Positions 8,178-16,569 of a stretch of 64,000 nt of DNA are shown piece after piece (the stretch's first letter is position 1; every line of letters starts with the position of its first letter). The notes under the pieces were generated by a model. That model made no database searches. It worked only from the letters and a program-made list of their open reading frames with translations, and had not been told where the DNA came from. Source of the DNA: Candidatus Rifleibacterium amylolyticum (GTDB lineage: Bacteria; Muiribacteriota; Ozemobacteria; Ozemobacterales; Ozemobacteraceae); the NCBI GenBank assembly GCA_009917695.1, contig JAACJG010000007.1:101750-165749 (forward strand). The letters run 5' to 3'. The translations under genes were made by a program, and so were the position numbers.

Positions 8178-10204
8178 ATTGCCACCACTTTCCAGACCAG
8201 CAGCGCAAGCAGGGTGATCGCGACATAACAGATATAGAGATGGAGACGACCGTGCTGCAGACCGCGCAAAGGCAGGAGAATGCGATCGATCAGACCGAAC
8301 AGCGGGACAAACAGATAGCGCAGCAGCGAGTCGGGCGTATCGGTTCTGAAACTGGCATGTTGCGGAAACAGACCGGAAACTTTCTCACCATGTTTGTAAG
8401 GCCTGACGACAGGCGAAAAGATATCGACTATCGTCTGTGAAAAGGATGACGAGGTATACTGCATACGCGCATCGGGAGCGGCATAACCGCAATCCCAGGT
8501 CGGGCGGTCGCTGCGTTCGCCAGCGCTGAAAAATTTACGGCGCAGCTGCCAGCCAGCAAGAACCAGTACGATCATAGTCAGCGAAAAAGCTACCACCAGA
8601 CCAACCGGCTGCCACAAAGCAGCTTCAGACAGATCGACAAGGGCAAAACCGGTCTGACGAGCCATTATCAGCCATGAAACCCGCATGATGGGCGACAACA
8701 ACCAGGGAGCAGCAACGATCAGAGCGCCCATGCAGATAAGCAGAAAGATGAAGGGTAACCGCAACGCCGGCGAAATATCCTGCATCTCGTGCTTTTTATC
8801 ATGACGCGCAGCACCCAGGAAAACCAGGCCGAAAGTTCTGGCAAAAGTGGCAGCAGCAAGGCCGCCAATAAGAGCAAGACCGCTCAGCATGGCAGCAGCC
8901 AGCAACAGTGCCTGTGGATCATTCGAAATTGCTGCCTTCAAACCGGCAATAAAAATAATGAATTCGCTGATAAAACTGTTGAAAGGCGGCAAACCTGCTA
9001 TCGCCACTGATGCCAGCGCAAAACACACCGCAGTAAAGGGCATTTTACCAGCAAGACCTCCCATCAGCTCGAGGCGTCGCGTACCGGTTCCCCAGTAGAT
9101 TGCGCCGGTTCCCATGAATAACAGCCCTTTACAGACAGCATGGTTAAGTATATGCAGAAGAGCGCCAGCCATTGCTATACCGGCGATTTCTGGCTGTTTC
9201 CAGCTCATCGCCAGAAGCGAACATCCGATCGCCATAAGAATAATGCCAGCATTTTCCATGCTGCTGTATGAAACGACTTTCTTGATATCTGACTGTGCCA
9301 GTGCCATGATCAATGCAAAAATGCCGGTCAACAGACCGCCTACGACCAGCAGCCAGCCCCATGATTCACGCGGCAACGGCAGCAGCATCAGCACCCGCAG
9401 CAGACCATAAAAGCCCATTTTGCTCATGGCCCCAGACAATATTGCCGACACCGGCGCATCGGCAAAAGTATATGAATCAGGCAACCAGACGTGTAATGGC
9501 AACAGACCAACCTTGACACCAAAGCCGAAAACTGCCAGCAAAAATGCTGTGGTCTCGAATCCGGCAGGCATATACATGGCTGCAAAGCGGGCGAATTCAA
9601 GACTGCCGCTTTGGACAGACAGAAGTGCGAACAACAGCATAAGCGCAGCAGTTCCGACGTGGCTGGCAATGAGGAACTGCCAGGCGGCACTGCGCGCAGA
9701 CGCGATTTCATCACGCCAGACAATGAGAAAGAATGCAGCGACTGACATCAGTTCCCAGGCGATCAGAAAAGTCAAGGCATTGGCTGAAGCCAGCAGCAAC
9801 AACATGGCAGCCGCCAGCATGTTCAAAAGCAGCCAGCAGTTATCGTGCGTGTGTCTGTCGTGTTTTGAACAGGCCGCGTTGTATAAGGCTACAGCGGGAA
9901 AAAGCGCGAGTATCGGCAGACTGAAGAACGCCGATACAGCATCGAGCTTGAGAGTGGCCTCACCCAGAGGCAGGTTGAGCAGCAGCAGGGGCAGTTCGGC
10001 AGAACTGAACAGCACTCTGGCCACAGGTACAGCTGCAATGAGTGAGCCGATTATGGCTGAGCCGGCACCGACTATGGTGCTGACATCCCGGTTCTTTCTG
10101 GTGATAAACGCCAGAATACCTCCGACCGTTATCAGGGTGATTGCGATAATAAACTGCTGCATGGTTTGTTCCTGCAAAGGCATCTGCCAGTAATTAGCGA
10201 GCAT
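8174..10204 (-). CDS. NuoL / HyfB / HycC-like antiporter-type membrane subunit
   Basis: 676-aa polytopic ORF with the motif LLPLHVWLPDSYTFADAPVSAILSGAMSKMG and a size matching HyfB. The true start may be the internal MQQFII at 10162, which has an AGGAA RBS. Confidence 0.85.
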   Translation of the reverse strand: MLANYWQMPLQEQTMQQFIIAITLITVGGILAFITRKNRDVSTIVGAGSAIIGSLIAAVPVARVLFSSAELPLLLLNLPLGEATLKLDAVSAFFSLPILALFPAVALYNAACSKHDRHTHDNCWLLLNMLAAAMLLLLASANALTFLIAWELMSVAAFFLIVWRDEIASARSAAWQFLIASHVGTAALMLLFALLSVQSGSLEFARFAAMYMPAGFETTAFLLAVFGFGVKVGLLPLHVWLPDSYTFADAPVSAILSGAMSKMGFYGLLRVLMLLPLPRESWGWLLVVGGLLTGIFALIMALAQSDIKKVVSYSSMENAGIILMAIGCSLLAMSWKQPEIAGIAMAGALLHILNHAVCKGLLFMGTGAIYWGTGTRRLELMGGLAGKMPFTAVCFALASVAIAGLPPFNSFISEFIIFIAGLKAAISNDPQALLLAAAMLSGLALIGGLAAATFARTFGLVFLGAARHDKKHEMQDISPALRLPFIFLLICMGALIVAAPWLLSPIMRVSWLIMARQTGFALVDLSEAALWQPVGLVVAFSLTMIVLVLAGWQLRRKFFSAGERSDRPTWDCGYAAPDARMQYTSSSFSQTIVDIFSPVVRPYKHGEKVSGLFPQHASFRTDTPDSLLRYLFVPLFGLIDRILLPLRGLQHGRLHLYICYVAITLLALLVWKVVAI

Positions 10205-10267
10205 GCAGCACTTTTACGCCTGTTTTTTGCGTTTGGCAAGAGATTTAGAAAAAATTGTGCGGTAAAC

Positions 10268-10690
10268 TTATCTGATACTTAGCAGATGAAACGAAAACAG
10301 CGCCGATGTCCAGATATATGCAGCGGACAGACCAAACAGTACCAGCGCAAACCAGGCCAGGAAAACCGGTGAACGCAGTGACTTGAATTTGAACGACAGC
10401 AGGTAAAAAAAGCCTGCGAAAAAAGGCAATGCCCCTGGAACAACGGCATTACGCATCATCAGAACATTGAGTGGCAGCAGACCGTGACTGTAGCGCATTG
10501 CATCCCAGTCAACGCCGTCGGTTACCAGTGAATGCGACATATAAACGAACAACGAAGCCAGAAAAAGCATGATATAGAAAGCGTTGTGACTGATACGGGC
10601 CGGTGGCGCGCAGCGATCTTTGATGTCCTGCAGTTTCTGCCCGAGTTCCGGCGGTATTTCGCACTGCCCGTTGTTCTTTTCGTCGTTCAT
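10268..10690 (-). CDS. Hypothetical polytopic membrane protein (3-4 TM), first gene of the Ehr-like cluster
   Basis: 140-aa ORF, co-directional and 63 nt upstream of the NuoL-like gene. I recognise no motif in it. Confidence 0.45.
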   Translation of the reverse strand: MNDEKNNGQCEIPPELGQKLQDIKDRCAPPARISHNAFYIMLFLASLFVYMSHSLVTDGVDWDAMRYSHGLLPLNVLMMRNAVVPGALPFFAGFFYLLSFKFKSLRSPVFLAWFALVLFGLSAAYIWTSALFSFHLLSIR

Positions 10691-10842
10691 ATCATCATCA
10701 TACTACCATAACTCACAAAAGTAACTTTTGAATTACTAATCCACTGTCGCATAAAAGTTCAAGAATTGAATCTTTGAGTCTCCGCTTATGCCGAGAGCCC
10801 GGGTAAGCAGTATGCCGAAGGTTGAATTGCAAGCTCAAAACG

Positions 10843-10924
10843 GTCATTGCGAGGAGCGTAGCGACGAAGCAATCTCTCTGTCGATGAGATTGCCGCGTCG
10901 GGCTGACGCCCTCCTCGCAATGAC
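10843..10924. repeat. Hairpin (REP/MITE-like) element, family 1: GTCATTGCGAGGAG...CTCCTCGCAATGAC
   Basis: It has 14-nt terminal inverted repeats plus an inner stem (GAAGCAATCTC/GAGATTGC). Related copies lie at 35693-35768 and 48874-48976. A conserved flank, ATAACACCAGATTCAATG, is shared with copy 3. Confidence 0.8.
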
Positions 10925-11204
10925 GCATAACACCAGATTCAATGCTGCCAGACCACTCGCGAGAACGAGAAGCATGAGAACGGCTCGATGTACCGCTCTG
11001 CAAAAAAAATATACAAAAAACTGAGACAGGCCCCTTGGAAATATGGAAATTTTCGGGTAGAATTATTCATGCAGGAGTGATCTGGCAGGCTTTGTCTGTT
11101 CTGACCCGTATTCATTAGCTATTATCTCGCAGAGCAGCCGATCACCAGTAGATTGATAAGAATATAATTCCTGTCAAGGCAAGGTGTATAGAGTAGTGAA
11201 AATA

Positions 11205-12524
11205 ATGCGCAGAACCTGTTTTCTGACATCTGATTTTATAAAAACCCTTTTCTGCTGCCTGTTGCTTCTCGCCTTTGTCGGCCAGCTGCCGGCAAATGCT
11301 GAAGTTAAGGTCGTCAGCGACCTGAGCGGGCGTGATTCAAACCCCTGGGAACGCATCGAACTGCTCGAAGACGACGACCCACATTTCGTAACCGAAAATT
11401 TTCATCTCAAAAGTCGTCAGAATCATCGCATCATTCAAAAGGCTTTCAATACCAACAAGCCACATTCACGCAACTTTCTGCTGCATTTTGCCCCGAACTG
11501 GAGCCGTTCTCGCAATAAGACTCCGGTTCTGCTTGTACATGGCGCCGGCGACAATGCCTGCCGCGGCTTCTGCCACCCCTGGACTTTTGACCTGCCCGAA
11601 GACGGCAACATCGAAAAACCTGGCATGATGCAGTTTCTCGTAAAAAAGGGTTTTGCCGTTTTCGCCATTACCTATTCGCACCCGCACGGCTGCAATTTTC
11701 TGCAGGCACAGCAGCTTGCCAACGCTATCAGCCGCATAAAATCGGTTACCGGTGCTGACAAGGTTGATGTCGTCTGCCACAGCAAAGGTGCGATGTCGGT
11801 CAGAATCTATGCTTCCGATCTCGGTGCCAGTACGCACGAATTCAAATGGCTTACTCCGTTCCGTCACGACATTCGCAACATCGTATTCGTGGCGTCACCG
11901 CTGAAGGGCATAGATACTGCCTTCAGATACTATGCCTACAATTTCACCGTGAAACAGCAGAATCTGGCTGCCCCGCTCGGCCCCGAGTCAATGCTCTGGC
12001 AGGGAATGTTCGTCGATAATTATCACCATAACAAGCTGTTTCCCGGACAGTTTCAGATGCTGCACAACTGGGTGAAGGATGGCATCGGCTTCAACAGCCA
12101 GAGTGGCACTCCTGACGCGAACTATACCCGTTCCGTTCTTTATAATGGCGGTGTTTCGACCCTTCTGGTATCAGACGGCATCGACCGTGCTATACAGGAA
12201 GGCGGCGATGTGATAAGATTGCTCAACGAAAAGGGTGTCGATCCTTCGATCACCTGTCATGTTCTCGCCGGTACCAAGCAAACGATCGACACGGTCAAGT
12301 TTGGCTGGCTGGAACTGCCGGTAGGAGAATTTGCCGGCGACAGCGACGGCGTGCTTTTCCTGAAAAGTGCGACCTGGACGAAGGGTCTGCGGGCAAGAGG
12401 CGCCCGGCTTGGCAGTGTCAAAGTATTCGACACGCACCATGTCGGTCTGACCATTATTCCCGCAGCGCTCAATCACATAGCCGAGGTTCTGAGTGAAAGA
12501 AATACTGATAAAGAAATACGATAA
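11205..12524 (+). CDS. Secreted alpha/beta-hydrolase, lipase/esterase-like
   Basis: Signal peptide (LLLLAFVGQLPANA), LLVHGAGDNA, and a nucleophile elbow VVCHSKGAM, which is a GxSxG variant as in class-2 lipases. The track start is a GTG at 11184; an ATG at 11205 is also possible. Confidence 0.65.
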   Translation: MRRTCFLTSDFIKTLFCCLLLLAFVGQLPANAEVKVVSDLSGRDSNPWERIELLEDDDPHFVTENFHLKSRQNHRIIQKAFNTNKPHSRNFLLHFAPNWSRSRNKTPVLLVHGAGDNACRGFCHPWTFDLPEDGNIEKPGMMQFLVKKGFAVFAITYSHPHGCNFLQAQQLANAISRIKSVTGADKVDVVCHSKGAMSVRIYASDLGASTHEFKWLTPFRHDIRNIVFVASPLKGIDTAFRYYAYNFTVKQQNLAAPLGPESMLWQGMFVDNYHHNKLFPGQFQMLHNWVKDGIGFNSQSGTPDANYTRSVLYNGGVSTLLVSDGIDRAIQEGGDVIRLLNEKGVDPSITCHVLAGTKQTIDTVKFGWLELPVGEFAGDSDGVLFLKSATWTKGLRARGARLGSVKVFDTHHVGLTIIPAALNHIAEVLSERNTDKEIR

Positions 12525-13038
12525 CCGCCGCCTCTACTGCGTCGAAGAAGCCCGCTACGTTTCGCTTTCAGAAATCCGCGATTTTTTGCAGCGCGGTGAC
12601 CGGGTAAAGGTCGTCGAAAAAAGCACCGGCAAAGACATTACCAAATACATTCTCATGCAGGTTCTGCTCGAAGAGCGCTACGACCTGCTGCCGCTCACCT
12701 TTTATCAGATGATTCTACAATCGCCGCCTGACGCGATCGAAGGATTCTTTCAGAAGTTTTTCCCCTGGATGATGGACGTCTACAAGAATTTTCAGGAAGG
12801 CAAGTTCAACATGCCAACCATGCCCGGCATGCCTCAGATGCCCCAGATGCCGACCATGCCGTTCCAGAACCCCTGGATGCAGTCACCATTCAATCCCTTC
12901 ATGGCACAGCAGCCGGCAAAAGAAGAAAAGCCGCAAAAGCCTTCCCCAGAACCAGAACCCGAAGGCAGCGACGAAACCATGGCCGAAATTCTCAAACGCC
13001 TGCGCGATCTCGAAGCCAAGGTAAAATCCGGCAGCTGA
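12493..13038 (+). CDS. phaR: PHA synthesis repressor PhaR
   Basis: The N-terminus IKKYDNRRLYCVEEARYVSLSEIRDFLQRGDRVKVVEKSTGKDITKYILMQVLLE matches the PhaR DNA-binding domain pattern (IKKYPNRRLYDT...). It has a GTG start and overlaps the lipase gene by 32 nt. It carries an M/P/Q-rich tail. Confidence 0.8.
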   Translation: MKEILIKKYDNRRLYCVEEARYVSLSEIRDFLQRGDRVKVVEKSTGKDITKYILMQVLLEERYDLLPLTFYQMILQSPPDAIEGFFQKFFPWMMDVYKNFQEGKFNMPTMPGMPQMPQMPTMPFQNPWMQSPFNPFMAQQPAKEEKPQKPSPEPEPEGSDETMAEILKRLRDLEAKVKSGS

Positions 13039-13040
13039 TC

Positions 13041-13093
13041 AAGAAGAGCAGTCTATCCACAGATTGCGCCGATTGCCGCAGATTTGCGAAAAC
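13041..13093 (-). repeat. Mosaic intergenic repeat, family 3 (A module AATCGGCGC-AATCTGCGG plus purine/pyrimidine run), inverted orientation
   Basis: The sequence aagaagagcag...ccacagattgcgccgattgccgcagatttgcg is the reverse complement of the module seen at 31090, 31285, 31468, 25176 and 46405. Confidence 0.6.
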
Positions 13094-13106
13094 AGGAGAG
13101 ATTCTC

Positions 13107-13646
13107 ATGAAGATTCAGTCCACAGGAGTGTTTCTACTGCTTATTATGTTGTCGATGATCGCCACCGCAACATCGGCCCGGCCGCCGGCAGGCCAGTTCA
13201 GCTATCAGCTGCCGCCGAATCTTTCGCTGCTGGTGAGTGACTCACGGTTCGACAGCAACGGCAGACTCCAGCTCTCGGTGATTCTTGAGAGCGCACTCGG
13301 TAATCTCAGCGATCTTGAGATTTACTTCGACAGTTCCAAAGACCTCAAGGTTCTGACCAATCTGCGCACCCTCAAAGAGCTCAAACCTGGTTCGGCGAGA
13401 AAAATACGGGTTCTTGCCACCAGAACCGGCCAGCAACCAGATGAAATCGGGTCCTGGGTAAAGATCGGGGTGAAGTATCTGCCTGATTACGAGGCCGTTA
13501 TCGCGGTCGCCGGCGACACCGGGAAATACCCCGATCATTTTGAGCGCCTAAAAATTCAGGAAATCGCCAGCAGCAACGCGCAGAAGAAAGCGAAGTATTC
13601 TGAGGCGGTACGTTTTTTTGCCGACCAGGCCGGGAGTAAAAAATGA
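13107..13646 (+). CDS. Secreted hypothetical protein
   Basis: 179-aa ORF with a signal peptide (LLLIMLSMIATATSA) and a GGAGAG RBS. It has an ATGA overlap with the next gene. Confidence 0.55.
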   Translation: MKIQSTGVFLLLIMLSMIATATSARPPAGQFSYQLPPNLSLLVSDSRFDSNGRLQLSVILESALGNLSDLEIYFDSSKDLKVLTNLRTLKELKPGSARKIRVLATRTGQQPDEIGSWVKIGVKYLPDYEAVIAVAGDTGKYPDHFERLKIQEIASSNAQKKAKYSEAVRFFADQAGSKK

Positions 13647-14983
13647 GAATGAGACAGCATCGCCATCTTGAACTTTTTGTTGCCCTCTTTTTCTGCATCT
13701 TTGCCGGCAGCCTGTTTGCGGCAGTTACGCAGAGCACTACCTATTCGGTTATCACCCGCTACGGGCCGGTTCAGGAACTGATGCGGGCGACCGGCAGCAA
13801 CGAAACCCTGGTTGAATCGGCAGATGGTCGCAACGCCTACCTGGTAAGATCGGTTCAGGTGCGCGATGAAGCGCACCTGCTGCAGCTGATGGGCGGTGAC
13901 GAAAGCCGTCTGACCGACCTGCAACGCGGTCTGCTCGAAACCTACCGGTTTTCTTCACACCAGAAATTCAACGAGCTGAAGCCGCGCTACCCTGGTGGCA
14001 AGGGCAGCATAAAGGTAGACCTGATGGACATCACAGGTTACGAAGACACCGGGCGTTACCCAAAAATCAGAGATGATTTCTGGCCTCAGAATGCCAAAGT
14101 ATACCGATACGAAAACGGGGCCTACAACGTTCACTCTGAAATGCGCATCAGTGGCGCGAACTGCATCGGCTATGGCCCCAATGCGGCCGAGCAGATGAAA
14201 GGCACCTACGCCCACGAGTTCGGGCATGCTCTCGACCTGACTGCTATTGAGCACGATGGCTACGGGTTCGACGACAACCACTACTTTAATGAAAAAACTG
14301 CGCCCAAAGCCTCTTTTGCAGAGGGTTTCGCCAATTTCATCAAGGCGCTCTTTTTCCCACAGGAAGAAAATTACACGAGAAACAGCCTGCAGACGGTTAA
14401 AATCGAAAAGCCCGAGGGTGGCTACGACACCTACCCGATCGCTGGCGGCCAGATTTCCGGCGAAGATTTTCTGCACGTAGAAGCGATCAACGCCCTGATT
14501 TTTACGAGGCTTGCCAGAGAGCTTCCAGATGGCGAAAAGCTTGTTCTCGACTCATTTTCGAAGCACAACAACCGCGACAACCGCATGGCTGCTTTTCTGA
14601 AGAATTTCGTCAAAGATTACCCGCAGCACGCCTTTACCGCTGCGCAGATTCTCGATAGAGAAACCTTCGGCAATCTCACTGCCGCGCAGATGCGTGCAAT
14701 TCTGGGGCAGTCGTCGAATGTCGAACGCTATCTATCCAGTCGCGGCAACCAGACAGGTTCTGGCAGCACCCCGACAGTGAATCCGCCGACAACGGTTTCG
14801 CCACCGGTTGTCCATCGCCCCGGCACGATTTACCAATGGAAAGATGCCAACGGAGTCATGCACTTTACCGATTCGCCGCCACCACCAGGCGTTGAATACA
14901 AGACCCGCCGCGGCTCTGCCGCCAGTGTTTCAGGGCACGAATCAGGTAAACCACCAAGCAGCGATCTGTTCAATATCGACTGA
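13643..14983 (+). CDS. Secreted putative zinc metallopeptidase (HExxH ... EGFA, gluzincin-like) with DUF4124-like C-terminal module
   Basis: Signal/TM segment, then HEFGHALD, followed 31 residues later by AEGFANF. This resembles the third-ligand NEGFA motif of the MA clan. The C-terminus reads IYQWKDANGVMHFTDSPPPPG, the DUF4124 pattern. Confidence 0.55.
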   Translation: MRMRQHRHLELFVALFFCIFAGSLFAAVTQSTTYSVITRYGPVQELMRATGSNETLVESADGRNAYLVRSVQVRDEAHLLQLMGGDESRLTDLQRGLLETYRFSSHQKFNELKPRYPGGKGSIKVDLMDITGYEDTGRYPKIRDDFWPQNAKVYRYENGAYNVHSEMRISGANCIGYGPNAAEQMKGTYAHEFGHALDLTAIEHDGYGFDDNHYFNEKTAPKASFAEGFANFIKALFFPQEENYTRNSLQTVKIEKPEGGYDTYPIAGGQISGEDFLHVEAINALIFTRLARELPDGEKLVLDSFSKHNNRDNRMAAFLKNFVKDYPQHAFTAAQILDRETFGNLTAAQMRAILGQSSNVERYLSSRGNQTGSGSTPTVNPPTTVSPPVVHRPGTIYQWKDANGVMHFTDSPPPPGVEYKTRRGSAASVSGHESGKPPSSDLFNID

Positions 14984-15107
14984 ATATAAAAAATTAAACT
15001 TTTTGATAAGATTGCGGTAGTATTGGTATATCTGTTAAATCTTTATCCTCTGGCGGTTCACCAGTTTGGACTGTTAGAATTAATCAGCTTCTTGAAAGAG
15101 GTATTCT

Positions 15108-16301
15108 ATGAAGAAGTCTTTGAATTTATTCACGTTTATTCTGGTCGTCTTCGTTGTTACTGTCAGCTTAACCCTTTCAGCGACCGGATTCGCCGGGCCA
15201 TTCGACGAGGACAGCACGATTATGATTCCGAAGGCAACCGAACAGGAGGAACCTGCAGCGGCCGAGCCACAAGAATCTTCTGAAGCAGTGGTAGCTGATG
15301 ACGAAATCGTCGTCGAGCCGGCAGATGAGTCTGCAACTGAACTGACACCGGTTCTTCCGACCGAAGAAGAAGAGGCAGCTACAGATGAACCGGTAGCAAG
15401 CGCACCCGAGGAACAGGACAAGAACAGCAAGATTCTGCCTGGTTACGAAGATGAAAAGATCTCGATAGATGGCGACAATTATTGCGGTCAATTCGCCATG
15501 ACATCAGTCTTTAAGGGACTCGGCATCGACAAAGAGGCGCAGGATATCTACAAGGCGACCAATCCTCGCGGTATTTTCACTTCGCCGCCGATCATAGTCG
15601 ATTACCTCAACAAAAATGGTGTTAAAGCACAGCAACGCCACAATTGCTCGATAGAAGACATCGTAAAGAAGATCGATGACGGCAAACCGGTTATCGTGCT
15701 CGTTGATTCAGGCGATGGCACGCCTCACTGGGTCAATATTTACGGTTATACCCGCGATGAGTCAGGCAAAATAACTTCGGTGCGAATGCGCGACTCATAC
15801 TGGGGCACCCGTTCCGGCCATGAAATGGATATTGACGAGTTCAGTAAAGCCTGGCAGAAGCCTCTTGGCAACACCTTTCTTGGCAAGATGCTCGGCTATA
15901 AGAATCTGATGATCGACATCAACGGCAACTCGAGCGGCACGCCATTCGCGACGGCGACTGAAGACAATATGGCTGCTGGTGTCAACGAAGTCGTCGCCGG
16001 CTGGAGCAACCGTGACTGGGGACAAGTAGCCGGCGGAGCCTCAAAGCTGATTCTTGGTCTACCCGGCACAGTTATCAGCATGTCTTCACGCATACCGAGT
16101 GTGTTTGGCAGCAGTATGGCCAGCTGGGGCAGAGACCGCATGAACCAGGGCGGCGTCGGTAACACGATACTGGGCGGCGCGGCGGTAGCTGGCGGCTCAG
16201 TTCTCCAGGCTGGCGGCTGGCTGGTAAATCAGGTTGGCAACGCATCTTCGTCGGTGGCCAAAGCTATTGGCAACGGTATCAAGAGCCTGTTCGGCAGGTA
16301 A
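15108..16301 (+). CDS. Secreted papain-fold (peptidase C39-like) cysteine peptidase domain protein with acidic linker and Gly-rich C-terminal tail
   Basis: Signal peptide, then an E/A/P-rich linker. Candidate catalytic Cys in DGDNYCGQFAMTSVF and His in PVIVLVDSGDGTPHWVNIYGY. The last ~110 aa are Gly/Ala/Ser-rich (GGVGNTILGGAAVAGGSVLQAGGW). Confidence 0.55.
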   Translation: MKKSLNLFTFILVVFVVTVSLTLSATGFAGPFDEDSTIMIPKATEQEEPAAAEPQESSEAVVADDEIVVEPADESATELTPVLPTEEEEAATDEPVASAPEEQDKNSKILPGYEDEKISIDGDNYCGQFAMTSVFKGLGIDKEAQDIYKATNPRGIFTSPPIIVDYLNKNGVKAQQRHNCSIEDIVKKIDDGKPVIVLVDSGDGTPHWVNIYGYTRDESGKITSVRMRDSYWGTRSGHEMDIDEFSKAWQKPLGNTFLGKMLGYKNLMIDINGNSSGTPFATATEDNMAAGVNEVVAGWSNRDWGQVAGGASKLILGLPGTVISMSSRIPSVFGSSMASWGRDRMNQGGVGNTILGGAAVAGGSVLQAGGWLVNQVGNASSSVAKAIGNGIKSLFGR

Positions 16302-16319
16302 AAGAAAAGGAGAACACCC

Positions 16320-16508
16320 ATGGGATTCTTTCCAGCGCTTCTGGCAGCCTATACCATTTTTGCATTTCTGTTTCAGACGATTGCGGTAGGCTTTATCGCC
16401 CAGGACAATCGCTGTTCGAGACACCGCCTGATCTGGGCTCTGTTCACTCTACTGACCGGCCCGGTCGGCATACTTATTTATATGTTCAAGGGGCGAAAAA
16501 ACCTGTAA
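16320..16508 (+). CDS. Small 2-TM membrane protein, PLD-nuclease N-terminal (PLDc_N)-like
   Basis: 62-aa ORF. The motif RLIWALFTLLTGPVGILIYMFKGRK matches the PLDc_N small-protein pattern. A GGAGAA RBS is present. Confidence 0.5.
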   Translation: MGFFPALLAAYTIFAFLFQTIAVGFIAQDNRCSRHRLIWALFTLLTGPVGILIYMFKGRKNL

Positions 16509-16529
16509 TTAAATAAACAGCTTAGTTTA

Positions 16530-16568
16530 AAAGCGTTTGCGACCTCAGTCGCAAACGCTTTTTTTCGC
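16530..16568 (+). terminator. Rho-independent terminator
   Basis: Stem aagcgtttgcgac, loop ctca, stem gtcgcaaacgctt, followed by a T-run. Confidence 0.75.
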
Positions 16569-16569
16569 C

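Noticed and set aside
9420-10193. 257-aa plus-strand ORF, plus other 60-200-aa ORFs (4749..5291, 7329..7949, 52619..53230, 23107..23697 and others) inside large genes
   Set aside because: They are antisense to or out of frame with long polytopic or multidomain genes that have family signatures. They are Ser/Arg/Ala-rich and have no start context.
10713-11024. ORFs 10713..11003 (-) and 10788..11024 (+) with 'HCEERSDEAIS...LLAMT'-type translations, and likewise 35557..35793 and 35665..35895
   Set aside because: They are translations of both strands of the family-1 palindromic repeat. The same peptide arises from each copy regardless of context.
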